In this document: positions 1 to 9,375 of the stretch, piece by piece | How positions within the stretch are numbered: the stretch's first letter is position 1 | How the letters are laid out: each line of letters opens with the position of its first letter | Source of the DNA: Dehalococcoidia bacterium | GTDB lineage: Bacteria > Chloroflexota > Dehalococcoidia > Bin125 | Assembly (NCBI GenBank): GCA_965242565.1 | Contig: OZ251457.1 | Span: 273,119-337,118, forward strand | Reading direction: 5' to 3' | Length of the DNA stretch: 64,000 nt | The notes under the pieces: model-generated | Database searches by the model: none | Seen by the model: only the letters and a program-made list of their open reading frames with translations | What the model was told of the DNA's origin: nothing | Position numbers and translations under genes: made by a program

Positions 1-860
1 CCGTCATCCCCGCGCCTCTCCCCACTTCCGTCATACCCGCGCTTGCCGCGGAGCCTGCCCCCGGCTCGAACGGGGGTATCTCGCTGTGACCAGCACCATC
101 GTTGCATCCCGCCTCCCCAACCCCCCGTCGCCCCATCCGTCGCCCCAGACTTGATCTGGGGCCCAAACCCAAGCCCTTTCGCAGGCCGAAGCCCCGAACC
201 ACCTCCCCCCTCCGTTCCCGCGCACTCCCCCCGTCATCCCCGCCCCCTTTTCCCCTACACCCTCGTACCCGCGCCTCTCACCACCCCGTCATCCCCGCGC
301 TTGCCGCGGAGCCTGCCCCCGGCTCGAACGGGGGTATCTCGCCGTGACCAGCACCAACGCCGCGCCCCGCCCCTTCCCTCGTCATTCCCGCCCCTTCCCT
401 CGTCATTCCCGCCCCTTCCCTCGTCATTCCCGCCCCCGAGCGGGAATCTGTCTCGAGCCGCCTCCGACCCCTCGTGCCCTAGGAGCCGCCGCCCTTTTTC
501 CGTCGTTCCAGACTTGATCTGGAACCCATACCCAACCCCCTTACGCAGCGCAGAGGACCGGAGCGGTCCTCCAACGAGCGTGCGCGGAGACTCCGGGGCT
601 TGGTCCCGCCGCCGACCGCCGTATGGGTTCCAGATCAAGTCTGGAACGACGGAAGGAGCGGCGGGTGTGGCGGGGGCGCGGCGAGGGTTGGGTGCTGCTC
701 ACGTCGAGATACCCCCGTTCGAGCCGGGGGCAGGCTCCGCGGCAAGCGCGGGTATGACGGAGTAGAGAGGCGCGGGTATGACGGAGTAGAGAGGCGCGGG
801 TATGACGGTGTAGGGGGAAAAGGGGGCGGGCATGACGGTGTGGGGGGAGAGGGGTGGGGA
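1..860. repeat. Cluster of CGTC-type palindromic (REP-like) repeats, families A, B and C, plus tandem half-sites
   Basis: A: cgtcatacccgcgcttgccgcgg[insert]gtatctcg at 29-83, about 287-341 and reverse about 705-759. B: ccgtcgccccagacttgatctggggccc at about 137, with variants at about 500 and reverse about 621. C: cgtcattcccgcccccgagcgggaatc at about 422. Tandem left-half copies at 380-440 and 748-840. Confidence 0.9.
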
Positions 861-871
861 TGCCCCCCAAA

Positions 872-3800
872 TCAGCCCGGGGGATCGGCCGAGAGCCAGA
901 GGGCGTCGCCGCGCGCGATGGTGAAATCGCGCGAACCATGCACCAGCTGGCCCGCCACCACCCCGTAGCGCAGCCAGCGGCCGTTGTGCCAGATGCTCAG
1001 CGTGGTCACGCCCTCCAGCGCCGGCAGCAGGTCCGACGCGCGGATGGACTCCGCGCTCGTCCAGATGGCGAACGCGCCCGCGCTCGTCGCCGTCAGCGAC
1101 TCCGTCAGGCTGGGCGGCGGCGGCGCGGCGACCCTGACCAGCGTGACCGCCGTCAGTCCGTCCGCCGCGGCGGTCAGCGTGACCATGCCCGGCGTCACCG
1201 CCGTGTACGTCGCCGATGCTTGCCCGTCGGTCGTGCTGAGGTCGCGGCGTAGCTGCACGACGCCCGCCGAGCCGCTCGGCGCGATCTCCGACCACTCCAC
1301 CGGCGTGCCGTCGGGCACCGACGCGCCCGCCGCGTCGCTCAGCGTCGCCGTCACCGTGAACTCGCCGTCGGGGTCGACCTGGACCGTTTCGGGCTCGAGC
1401 GAAATCGACGCCGCGGCCCCGGCCACGGTGAAGGTGCGCTCGGCCGTCAGCGCGCCCGCACGCACGCTCAGCGTGTACTCCCCGTTGGTCAGTGGCTGCG
1501 CCGCCGCGCGGTCCACGTCGATCCGCACCTGGCGCTGGCCGGCCGCGTTCAGCAGCGGTTCGTCGGCGCTGTCGAGCAGCGGCCAGCTCAGCTCCACCCC
1601 GCCCGCACCTGTTTGTACGCGCTTGCCGTCGGGCCCTGTCATCCAGGCCGTCTGCGAGCCGCTCGTGGGAGTCGGCACATCCGAGCCGTTCTCGTCCGCC
1701 GCCGTCACCGCCAGCGTCAGCACGTCGCGGTTGTCGACGGCCGCGCCCGTGTCCGCCGTATCCACGCCGAGCAGACTGGTGCTCGGTTCCGAAATCGCCA
1801 GCGACGTCGCCGGGCCGGCCAGCGCGATGCTCAGCGGTCCTGCGTTGGCCGTCTCGCCCGCCTTCGAAATCGCCGTCGCGCTCACGCTCGCCGTGCGCGC
1901 CCGCGCGATGTCGGCGTCGCGCGGGTAGCGCAAGGTCACGAATACCCGGTCCGAGTTGCCCGCCGTCAGCGCCGAACCGTCGATCACGCAGCTCGCCCCT
2001 CCGTTGCCGCCCTGACAGCCCCCGCCGAGCGTGGTGCTCAGCTCGCCCACTGTGGTCGTGATGTTCAGCACCCCCACGCTGCCGGTCCCCGCCGCCGCGC
2101 CGTTCTCGTTCAGCACCTGGAGGTGCAGGCGCGTCGTCTCGCCTCGCTGCAGCGTGTCCGGATAGAGCGTGTCGTCATCCGTGTTCGTCGTGCCCTGATC
2201 ATTGGTCGCGCGGTCCATTTTCAGCTCCGCGACCTCGACCACCTCGTCGATCGTGATCTCGAGCGGCTCGGCCCGCACCGTCACCGCGCTGCCCGCATCG
2301 CCCTCGGCTGCCATCGTCAGCTCGCCGTTAACCGTCAGCGTCTGCCCCTTCGTGCCGGCCGGAATCACCACGCTGCCGCTCGCGATCAGGCATTCCACGC
2401 CAGGCTCGCCGCCCACCGTTGCCGGCGCGCAGGCGTGGCCCTCGCTGAGGAAAAATCCGCTCGCCGCCGCGCCCGTCTGCGAGGCGACCGGCCGCGAGAT
2501 CACGTAGCGCGCGCCGTCCGGATCCCAGCGCGGCCGCACGCCGAAATAGCCCTGGTTCGCGTCGGTCGGCGGCTCCAGGCCGGGGTCGATCGTCGGAAAG
2601 CCTCCGCCGTCGACATATCGCCCGTCCGTCTGTCGGTTCCAGAAATGTACGTCCCCCGAGTTGCTGGGCGCCGCAACGGCGTAGCCGATCAGCATCTGGC
2701 TGTCGTCGCGATTGAAGGCCAGGCCGCCCCGGCCCAGACCGCCGGCGACGACATCAAAACCCCACCGACTGCCTCTGGTCTGCGAGACGGACCATCCCGA
2801 CACGGAGCTCACCTGGAACATCTGGACTCTGCCGTCCTGGCGCTGTGAGGAGGCCGCGATCGCCAGGCCGTCGCTCGAAACGGCGAGCGTCTGACCGAAA
2901 TACTGATTAGCGGTAAAGCTGCCGCTGCCCCGCAGCCGTCCGGTCTCCGCGACGACCCGCCGGGCCGGGCCCGGCGCATAGTGGTTGGCCGGATTGAAGC
3001 CGTTGGCGTTCGCGCCCGCCGCGATCAGCGTCTTGGTCGCGCCCCCCGTGCCGACGCTCGCCAACGGCGCCGCCGCCCAGCCGCCCTCCGGAGCCACGAA
3101 CACGTAGACCAGTCCCTGGTTTCGCACATCCTGGAGCGCGAAGATGCCATTCACATAAATCCCCCCTGTGCATCCGATCCCCTCAGCGACCGTCCTGTTG
3201 GGATTCACGTGGCACGACAGGGGAGCTGCGACTGCCAGCACCCGGCCGTCGCGCGAGATCGCCAGATCCGGGAAGGCGAACTGAAACGGGCCGCCCTCGA
3301 ACATCATCGCAGCGTCCCGGCACCACCAGTCGCAGTTGTTCGCGTCGGTGTGGTTGAACGGCCGCGTGCTGGCGTCGGACGGGTCGCCCCAGGGCGGCGT
3401 GGGCGCGGTCGTGACTTTGGTCCCGTCGGCGTACTCGATGTCGCCCCAGCTTTGGCCCGCGCCGTCGGGCCGCGTGTAGACGTAGACCGCGCCGATGTGG
3501 TTCATCCGCTGCGCCCCCACCGCCAGCGTCGAGCCGTCGCCCGAGATCACAATCGAAGAGCCGTAGCGCGGCTCATCCGCGGAACCCGAGGTGTTTTTGA
3601 CATTGCCGAACTCGCTGCGGGGCGGGACCAGCCGCTTGACCATCGTCACTTCGACCGGCGATGCGCTCCAGTCGACCGAGTAGATGTAGACGCTGCCGAC
3701 ATTGGCGGCGCCGCCGATGTCGTCGTCGGGCGAGGCGATGAACAGCCATGCGGTGTTCTCGGATTCCTGCCAGACCGCAGCCCCGGAGGCGACGGGGTGG

Positions 3801-4363
3801 TCGCTCAGGCTGCTGTCGGTGCGGCCGAATGTGCTGGTCGAGTCGACCGTGTCGGGCGCGCTGATCACCGCGACCTGGCGCCTGTTCCAGGTGTCGAAGA
3901 GGTAGGCCTCGCCGAGCACGGAGGTGGCCAGCAGGGTACGCGAGTGCAGCGCCGCCGCGACCACCAGGCCGGCCGAGCCGACCGGCTGCCCGTTGGCCCG
4001 CGTCGGCGAGAGCAGCTCCAGCGAGGTGCGCCCGGTGGTGGGATTCTCGGCCGGCCCCGTGTCCGAATCGGCCGGCGCCAGCCGCAGCCGCGACGAACTC
4101 TCCCACTGCCAGAAATAGTCGCCCCTCAGCCGCAGCGCCTTGTTGGAGAGGTTGTAGGCCTCACCGTCCAGCGAGCCGCGGAAGCGCAGCTGGGCGTTGA
4201 TGCTGATCTCGCTGTCCGGCGGCGCCACGTTGTCCGATTCGTCCGGCACCGTCAGCACCAGCTCCGGCTGCAAATGCCCGTCCGCCTGTACCGGCGCAAG
4301 CGCAACCAGCGATCCCGCCAGCAGCGCGGCCAGCGCGAGCAGGGCGGTGAGGGCCGCCGTCAC
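872..4363 (-). CDS. Large secreted/surface protein with FG-GAP-like repeats, Ig-like (invasin/Big-type) domains and a small C-terminal domain; the likely true start (ATG 4416) is separated by a G11 tract
   Basis: Hydrophobic segment TAALTALLALAALLAGSLVALAPVQA; FG-GAP-like motifs (YGSSIVISGDGSTLAVGA..GAVYVY; FGQTLAVSSDG); Big-like VTATLSDAAGASVPDGTPVEW..TTDGQASATY. The ORF-track extension to 4633 runs through repeats. Confidence 0.8.
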   Translation of the reverse strand: MTAALTALLALAALLAGSLVALAPVQADGHLQPELVLTVPDESDNVAPPDSEISINAQLRFRGSLDGEAYNLSNKALRLRGDYFWQWESSSRLRLAPADSDTGPAENPTTGRTSLELLSPTRANGQPVGSAGLVVAAALHSRTLLATSVLGEAYLFDTWNRRQVAVISAPDTVDSTSTFGRTDSSLSDHPVASGAAVWQESENTAWLFIASPDDDIGGAANVGSVYIYSVDWSASPVEVTMVKRLVPPRSEFGNVKNTSGSADEPRYGSSIVISGDGSTLAVGAQRMNHIGAVYVYTRPDGAGQSWGDIEYADGTKVTTAPTPPWGDPSDASTRPFNHTDANNCDWWCRDAAMMFEGGPFQFAFPDLAISRDGRVLAVAAPLSCHVNPNRTVAEGIGCTGGIYVNGIFALQDVRNQGLVYVFVAPEGGWAAAPLASVGTGGATKTLIAAGANANGFNPANHYAPGPARRVVAETGRLRGSGSFTANQYFGQTLAVSSDGLAIAASSQRQDGRVQMFQVSSVSGWSVSQTRGSRWGFDVVAGGLGRGGLAFNRDDSQMLIGYAVAAPSNSGDVHFWNRQTDGRYVDGGGFPTIDPGLEPPTDANQGYFGVRPRWDPDGARYVISRPVASQTGAAASGFFLSEGHACAPATVGGEPGVECLIASGSVVIPAGTKGQTLTVNGELTMAAEGDAGSAVTVRAEPLEITIDEVVEVAELKMDRATNDQGTTNTDDDTLYPDTLQRGETTRLHLQVLNENGAAAGTGSVGVLNITTTVGELSTTLGGGCQGGNGGASCVIDGSALTAGNSDRVFVTLRYPRDADIARARTASVSATAISKAGETANAGPLSIALAGPATSLAISEPSTSLLGVDTADTGAAVDNRDVLTLAVTAADENGSDVPTPTSGSQTAWMTGPDGKRVQTGAGGVELSWPLLDSADEPLLNAAGQRQVRIDVDRAAAQPLTNGEYTLSVRAGALTAERTFTVAGAAASISLEPETVQVDPDGEFTVTATLSDAAGASVPDGTPVEWSEIAPSGSAGVVQLRRDLSTTDGQASATYTAVTPGMVTLTAAADGLTAVTLVRVAAPPPPSLTESLTATSAGAFAIWTSAESIRASDLLPALEGVTTLSIWHNGRWLRYGVVAGQLVHGSRDFTIARGDALWLSADPPG

Positions 4364-4499
4364 TGGGTGTACCCCCCCCCCCTCAAGACGTAACCGCGAA
4401 CGCTGTTCAGTGCCATGTTGCCGCTCCGAATCGCACTCCCAAAAGGGCGCAAGGTGGTCCGCCGGAAAAGCGCAGTCGCGTCCCCGCAGGCTAGCACGG

Positions 4500-5110
4500 C
4501 CGGCGGGCCTCCCCGCCCCCTTATCCACCGCCCCTCCCGCCCCCCCGCACCCCTTCCGTCGCTCCCGCACTCCCTCCCGTCGCCCCAGTACCCCCTCCCG
4601 TCGCCCCAGCACCCCCTCCTGTCGCCCCAGCACCCCCTCCTGTCGCCCCAGAACCCCCTCCGTCGCCCCAGAACCCCCTTCCGTCGCCCCAGACTTGATC
4701 TGGGGCCCAAACCCAATGTTGTGCGCAGCGCTGGAGTCCCGAGCGGTCTCCCAACGCCGTGCGCGGGCTGTTCGGTGCGCTGTGCTGCGAACGGCCGCCG
4801 TCTGGGCCCCATCACAGTTGCTCCGTCATTCCCGCCCCTCACTTCTCCGTCATTCCCGCCCCTCACTTCTCTGTCATTCCCGCCCCCGAGCGGGAATCTC
4901 CCCGCGTCACCACTTCCGTCGCCCCAGACTTGATCTGGGGCCCATACGGCGGTGGTTGGCGAGACGGGGCCCCGAGTGGCCTGCGAACGGCGTTGGCAGG
5001 GCATCCCGACGCTCGACGTCGCGCACAACGTTGGGCTTAGTTGGGCTTAGCCCCCAGATCAAGTCTGGGGCGACGGCAAGGGGTGCTGGGGCGACGGATC
5101 CTGCGGCTGG
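4500..5110. repeat. Palindromic repeat cluster with a tandem 21-bp half-site array
   Basis: About six copies of ccccctccygtcgccccagna at 4570-4690 lead into full family B at 4681. Family C at about 4873 is preceded by half-copies. Family B also at about 4916 and reverse about 5050-5076. Confidence 0.9.
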
Positions 5111-5141
5111 AATGGCGCGAAAAGGGAGCGGTCGGCGCCCG

Positions 5142-5780
5142 TCAGACCACAAAGGCCAGGACGATGCCGAAGAGCGCGATCATGATCGTCAGCGTGATGC
5201 CGAAGAGCCAGCGTTGCTCCCGCCGCACGCGCTCTTCGCTGAAGGCGATTCTGTCGCCGAGCGCGTCGAACTTACCCTCCATTTTGCTGTCGAGCGCGTC
5301 GATTCTGTCGCCGAGCGCGTCGATCTTGCCCTCCATTTTGCCGTCGAGCGCGTCGATCTTACGCTCAAACTTGCTGTCGAGCGCGCCGATCTTGGCATCG
5401 AGAACTTCGAACTTGCGCTCGAATTTGCTGTCGAGCGCGTCGAACTTGTGCTCAAACTTACTGTCGAGCGCGCTGATCTTGCGGTCGAGCTCGCTGACCT
5501 GGCGGTCGATCTTCTGGTCGAGCTCGCTGAATCGGCGGTCGATCTTCTGGTCAAGCTCGTCGAACTTGCGGTCGAGCTCGCTGATCTTGCTGTCCACCTT
5601 TTTGTCGAGGTCGCCGATCTTGTTGTCGAGCGCGCGCTGACCCTGCCGGAGGTCCAGGAGTTGGGTGTCGACGTTCTGGAAGCGTTGGTTGACGTCGGTG
5701 AAGCGCCGGTCAATTTCGTTGAAGCGGCGCTCCGCTTCGTGCGACGTGAGTAGTTCGGTGCGTTCGTCTTGCGTGACCAT
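5142..5780 (-). CDS. Membrane-anchored coiled-coil protein with 11-aa repeats (DUF1640/Bdr-like)
   Basis: Repeats such as KFDALDSKFER and KIDALDGKMEG; C-terminal TM WLFGITLTIMIALFGIVLAFVV. Confidence 0.8.
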   Translation of the reverse strand: MVTQDERTELLTSHEAERRFNEIDRRFTDVNQRFQNVDTQLLDLRQGQRALDNKIGDLDKKVDSKISELDRKFDELDQKIDRRFSELDQKIDRQVSELDRKISALDSKFEHKFDALDSKFERKFEVLDAKIGALDSKFERKIDALDGKMEGKIDALGDRIDALDSKMEGKFDALGDRIAFSEERVRREQRWLFGITLTIMIALFGIVLAFVV

Positions 5781-5807
5781 GCCGCGATGGTAGCAGAACG
5801 CCCGCCC

Positions 5808-6800
5808 CTACCCCGCCAACTCCCCCTCCAGCGCCAAAATCTCCTCCAGCCCTGTCTCCCCCACCTCCCGCCCCTCCCGCAGCGCGGTGCGGGCGAGCAA
5901 CTGCAACGCGCGGTTGGCCGGCGTGGGGATGCCGTGCTCCACGCCCAGCAGCACGATTTCGCCGTTGAGGTAGTCGGTTTCGATGGCGGGCAGGCCGCGG
6001 CGGAAGGATTGCCAGGTGGAGCCGCCGCCGCGTTCGACGCCTTCGACCTGTTCGGAGGTGAAGACGGCGGCGCGGCGTCGGTTGATTTCGTCGAGCGGGG
6101 CGTAGGCGATGTCGGCGGCGGCGTAGCAGGCGAGCGCTTCGTCGCGCAGGCGGTCGACGAAGGCGCGGAGCTCGGGGCCGGCGCGCTCTTCGCGGACGCC
6201 GCAGAGGGCCTGGAGGGCGTTGCGCAGGTTGGTGAGCAGCTTGCCGTATTTGAGCCGCATGGCGTGGTCGTCGGGGGTTGCGCTGAAGCCGGCGGCGGTG
6301 AGGTCGGCGCAGACTGCCGCGATGCGGTCGTCGGTTCCGCGGGGGAAGCGCCCGCAATCGAGCAGGCCGGCGAGCGGCTCGGCGTGGAGGGCGACTTCGC
6401 CGGGGGTGAGGAAGGTGGCGGGCATCACGATCAGCATGGCGTAGACGTGGGTGAAGCGTCGGGCGGCGGCGCGCTCGTTGGCGACGCCGTTTTGGGCGCA
6501 GATCACGGGGATGTGCGGTCCGGCGGCGGCTTCGAGGTCGTCGAGCGCGGCGTGGGTGTCCTGGCCTTTCATGGTGAGGAGGACGATGTCGTCGTCGCGG
6601 AAGTCGATTTCGCTCGGGTGGGCGGCGGTCTGGACGGCGACGCGCTCGACGCTGTGGGGGCGGCGGACGGTGAGGCCCTGTTCGCGCATGGCGGTGAGGT
6701 GCTCGCCTCTGGCGATCAGGACGGCCTCGCGTCCGGCTTGGGTGAGCAGGGCACCGATGCCGCCGCCGATGCCGCCCGCGCCGTAGATGATGTAGCGCAT
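5808..6800 (-). CDS. Ketopantoate reductase family protein (ApbA/PanE)
   Basis: MRYIIYGAGGIGG Rossmann motif, CAQNGV, KYGKLLTNL, STWQS..RG..ETDYLNGEIV. Confidence 0.9.
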   Translation of the reverse strand: MRYIIYGAGGIGGGIGALLTQAGREAVLIARGEHLTAMREQGLTVRRPHSVERVAVQTAAHPSEIDFRDDDIVLLTMKGQDTHAALDDLEAAAGPHIPVICAQNGVANERAAARRFTHVYAMLIVMPATFLTPGEVALHAEPLAGLLDCGRFPRGTDDRIAAVCADLTAAGFSATPDDHAMRLKYGKLLTNLRNALQALCGVREERAGPELRAFVDRLRDEALACYAAADIAYAPLDEINRRRAAVFTSEQVEGVERGGGSTWQSFRRGLPAIETDYLNGEIVLLGVEHGIPTPANRALQLLARTALREGREVGETGLEEILALEGELAG

Positions 6801-6880
6801 TGTGTCGGCTTCTCCTCTGCGGGGCACGGTAGCGCGGTATTGCGCAATGGGGCGATACTGCGCGGCAGGGGAGGTGCGCG

Positions 6881-9172
6881 ATGGCTGCAACGAACGGCGC
6901 AACGGTCAGGGCGGAAGACTGTCTGCCGCAGGTGGAGGGCGAGCTGCGGGCGGCGGGGTTGGAGGGGGATGTACGGATTGTGCGCGACCGCTGGGGGGTA
7001 CCGCATGCGCGGGCGGGCAGCGCGCGGGATGCGTTTTTCGCGCAGGGCTTCTGTCTGGGGCAGGAGCGGACCTGGCAGCTCGAGCTGTACCGGCAGATGG
7101 CGCACGGTCGGGCGGCGGCGCTGCTCAACGAGGGGCTGCTGCGGATTGATCGGCTCAACCGTCGGATGGGCTACGGGCGCGACGCGGCGGCAGAGTGGGA
7201 GGAACAGTCGGACGACGCGCGGATGATCCTTCAGGCCTACGCGGACGGGGTGAATGCGGCGATTGCGGCGGGGCCGAGGCCGCTGGAGTTTCACCGGCTG
7301 GAGCACGAGATGTCGCCCTGGTCGCCGGTCGATTCGCTGGCGATTCTGAAGATGGTCTCGGCCAATGTGCATTGGTCGCTGAAGATCAGCAACGCGCGGC
7401 TGGCGGCGCAGCTGGGCGTAGAGGCGGCGACGGCATTGATTCCCGACGTGCCCGACGGGGGCGCGATGATCACGCCGGCGGGCGCGACCTGGGCTAATGG
7501 GGCGAACGGTCGGCACGCCTGGGAGGATGAGTTGCGCGCGCTGGCGGAGGAGCCGGGGATGCGGCGGGGCGGGGCGGACGGCTCAAACTGCTGGGTGATC
7601 GACGGGGCGCACACGGCGTCGGGCGCGCCGCTGGTGGTGGGAGATCCGCATCTGTCGCTGTCGGTACCGGCGCAGTGGTACCTGATGCACATGGAGTGCG
7701 AGGAGTTCAGCGTGGCTGGCCCGTGCAGCCCGGGCTATCCGGGGCCGGTCTACTACGGGCACAACGGGCGCGTGGCGTGGACGATGACGCACGCGCAGGG
7801 CGATCGCTGGGATGTGTACCGCGAGCGGATCACGCGCAACGGAGAACCGAGCGCGGAGTTTCGCGGGGAGCAGCGTCCGCTCCAGCGGCGCGACGAACTG
7901 ATCGAGGTGCGCGGGAGCGAGGCGGTGACGGAGACGGTCTGGTCGACCGAGCACGGCCCGGTGGTGCAGGGCGATCCGACGACGGACGACGAGGTGCTGG
8001 CGGCGCGCTTCGCGCTGGCGGAGCCGTGCCATGATTTCGACGGGATGCTGCCGATCTTCCGCGCGGCGACGATTGCGGAGGCGCGCGCCGGCTTTCGGCG
8101 CTACGACTCGATTTCGGGCAACTTCGCGTTCGCCGATCACGAGGGGGAGATCGGCTACCAGTACACGGGGCGGACGCCCAGGCGTCCGGCGGCGCTCGCG
8201 CCCGTGCCCGGCTGGGACGGATCGCACGAGTGGGACGGCGAAGTACCGGCCGATGAGCTGCCGCAGGAGACGAACCCCGAGAGCGGGGTGATCATCACGG
8301 CCAACAACCGCACGACGACGCCTGACTATCCGCACTATCTGAGCTGGAGTCAGACGCCGTTCCGCGCCGACCGGCTGCGCGAGCTGCTGAGCGGTCGGGA
8401 CGACTGGACGGCGGAGGCGATGATTGCGGTGCAATCCGACCAAACCAGCCTGCACGCGCGCCAGCTGGCGGCGCGGGCGGCAGCGGCGCCGAGCGACGAT
8501 CCGGCGGTACGCGAGTTACAGGCGCTGCTGGGCGGCTGGGACGCGCGGCTGTCGCGCGATTCGGCGGCGGGGCTGGTCTATCACGAGCTCTGCGAGCAGG
8601 TCGCGCGTCGCACGGTGCGGCGCTTCTTCGACGATCCGATGCGCGTCGTGCCGGGGATGGCCGATGAGCGGCGAATCGTGCATGAGCAGTTGAAGCGCAA
8701 CTCCGCGCTGACGCTGCCCGACGGTCAACACTGGGACGAGGTGCTGGTCGAGGCGCTGGCTGAAACGGGCCGCGTGCTGCGCGAGCGGCACGGCGCGGAC
8801 CCGAGCGGCTGGCGCTACGGCGACGCGCACAAGATTCTGTGGAAGCACAATCTGGGCCGCGACGCCGAGGGCGCGGCGATGTTCAACGTGGGCGAGATCG
8901 AGACGGGCGGCGACGATCACACGCCGAATAACGCGGGGACGATCTACGGTCGGCCCGGCGATCACGGAACGTCGTACCGGCAGATCTTCGATCTGCAAAA
9001 CCTCAACGGGGCGCGCGTTTGCATTCCGCCGGGCAACTCGGGGCGGCCGGGGTCGCCGCACTACTGCGATCACCTGGAGCGCTGGCGCGATGTGGAGTAT
9101 TTCCCGCTCTACGTGGAGTGGGGGGAGATTGAGGCGAACGCGGAATCGGAGCTGCGGCTCAGGCCCCGGTAG
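6881..9172 (+). CDS. Penicillin acylase / acyl-homoserine-lactone acylase family Ntn hydrolase (S45)
   Basis: IVRDRWGVPH; GSNCWVIDG (beta-chain N-terminal Ser); DPHL; TANN; PPGNSG..SPHY.D. No obvious signal peptide. Confidence 0.92.
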   Translation: MAATNGATVRAEDCLPQVEGELRAAGLEGDVRIVRDRWGVPHARAGSARDAFFAQGFCLGQERTWQLELYRQMAHGRAAALLNEGLLRIDRLNRRMGYGRDAAAEWEEQSDDARMILQAYADGVNAAIAAGPRPLEFHRLEHEMSPWSPVDSLAILKMVSANVHWSLKISNARLAAQLGVEAATALIPDVPDGGAMITPAGATWANGANGRHAWEDELRALAEEPGMRRGGADGSNCWVIDGAHTASGAPLVVGDPHLSLSVPAQWYLMHMECEEFSVAGPCSPGYPGPVYYGHNGRVAWTMTHAQGDRWDVYRERITRNGEPSAEFRGEQRPLQRRDELIEVRGSEAVTETVWSTEHGPVVQGDPTTDDEVLAARFALAEPCHDFDGMLPIFRAATIAEARAGFRRYDSISGNFAFADHEGEIGYQYTGRTPRRPAALAPVPGWDGSHEWDGEVPADELPQETNPESGVIITANNRTTTPDYPHYLSWSQTPFRADRLRELLSGRDDWTAEAMIAVQSDQTSLHARQLAARAAAAPSDDPAVRELQALLGGWDARLSRDSAAGLVYHELCEQVARRTVRRFFDDPMRVVPGMADERRIVHEQLKRNSALTLPDGQHWDEVLVEALAETGRVLRERHGADPSGWRYGDAHKILWKHNLGRDAEGAAMFNVGEIETGGDDHTPNNAGTIYGRPGDHGTSYRQIFDLQNLNGARVCIPPGNSGRPGSPHYCDHLERWRDVEYFPLYVEWGEIEANAESELRLRPR

Positions 9173-9184
9173 GGCCTGTTCACA

Positions 9185-9300
9185 CTTCCGGCTCCCGCGC
9201 CGCCCCTCCGCCACCGCCATACCCGCGCCTCTCCCCACCCCGTCATACCCGCGGCAAGCGCGGGTATGACGGAGCTGGGGGCGGGTGTGGGGGCGGCGTG
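9185..9300. repeat. Family A palindrome between convergent genes
   Basis: cgtcatacccgcggcaagcgcgggtatgacg at 9241-9271, preceded by degenerate half-sites. Confidence 0.8.
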
Positions 9301-9375
9301 GGCATAACGGAAGTGTGAGCACGCCCTGGCTGCGGCTGGCTGTGATTCAGCTGCAACCGGCCGCGGTGGGGCGGC

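Noticed and set aside
31-968. ORFs within repeat clusters (also 30880-31722 and 47414-48240)
   Set aside because: Translations are low-complexity products of the palindromic repeats.
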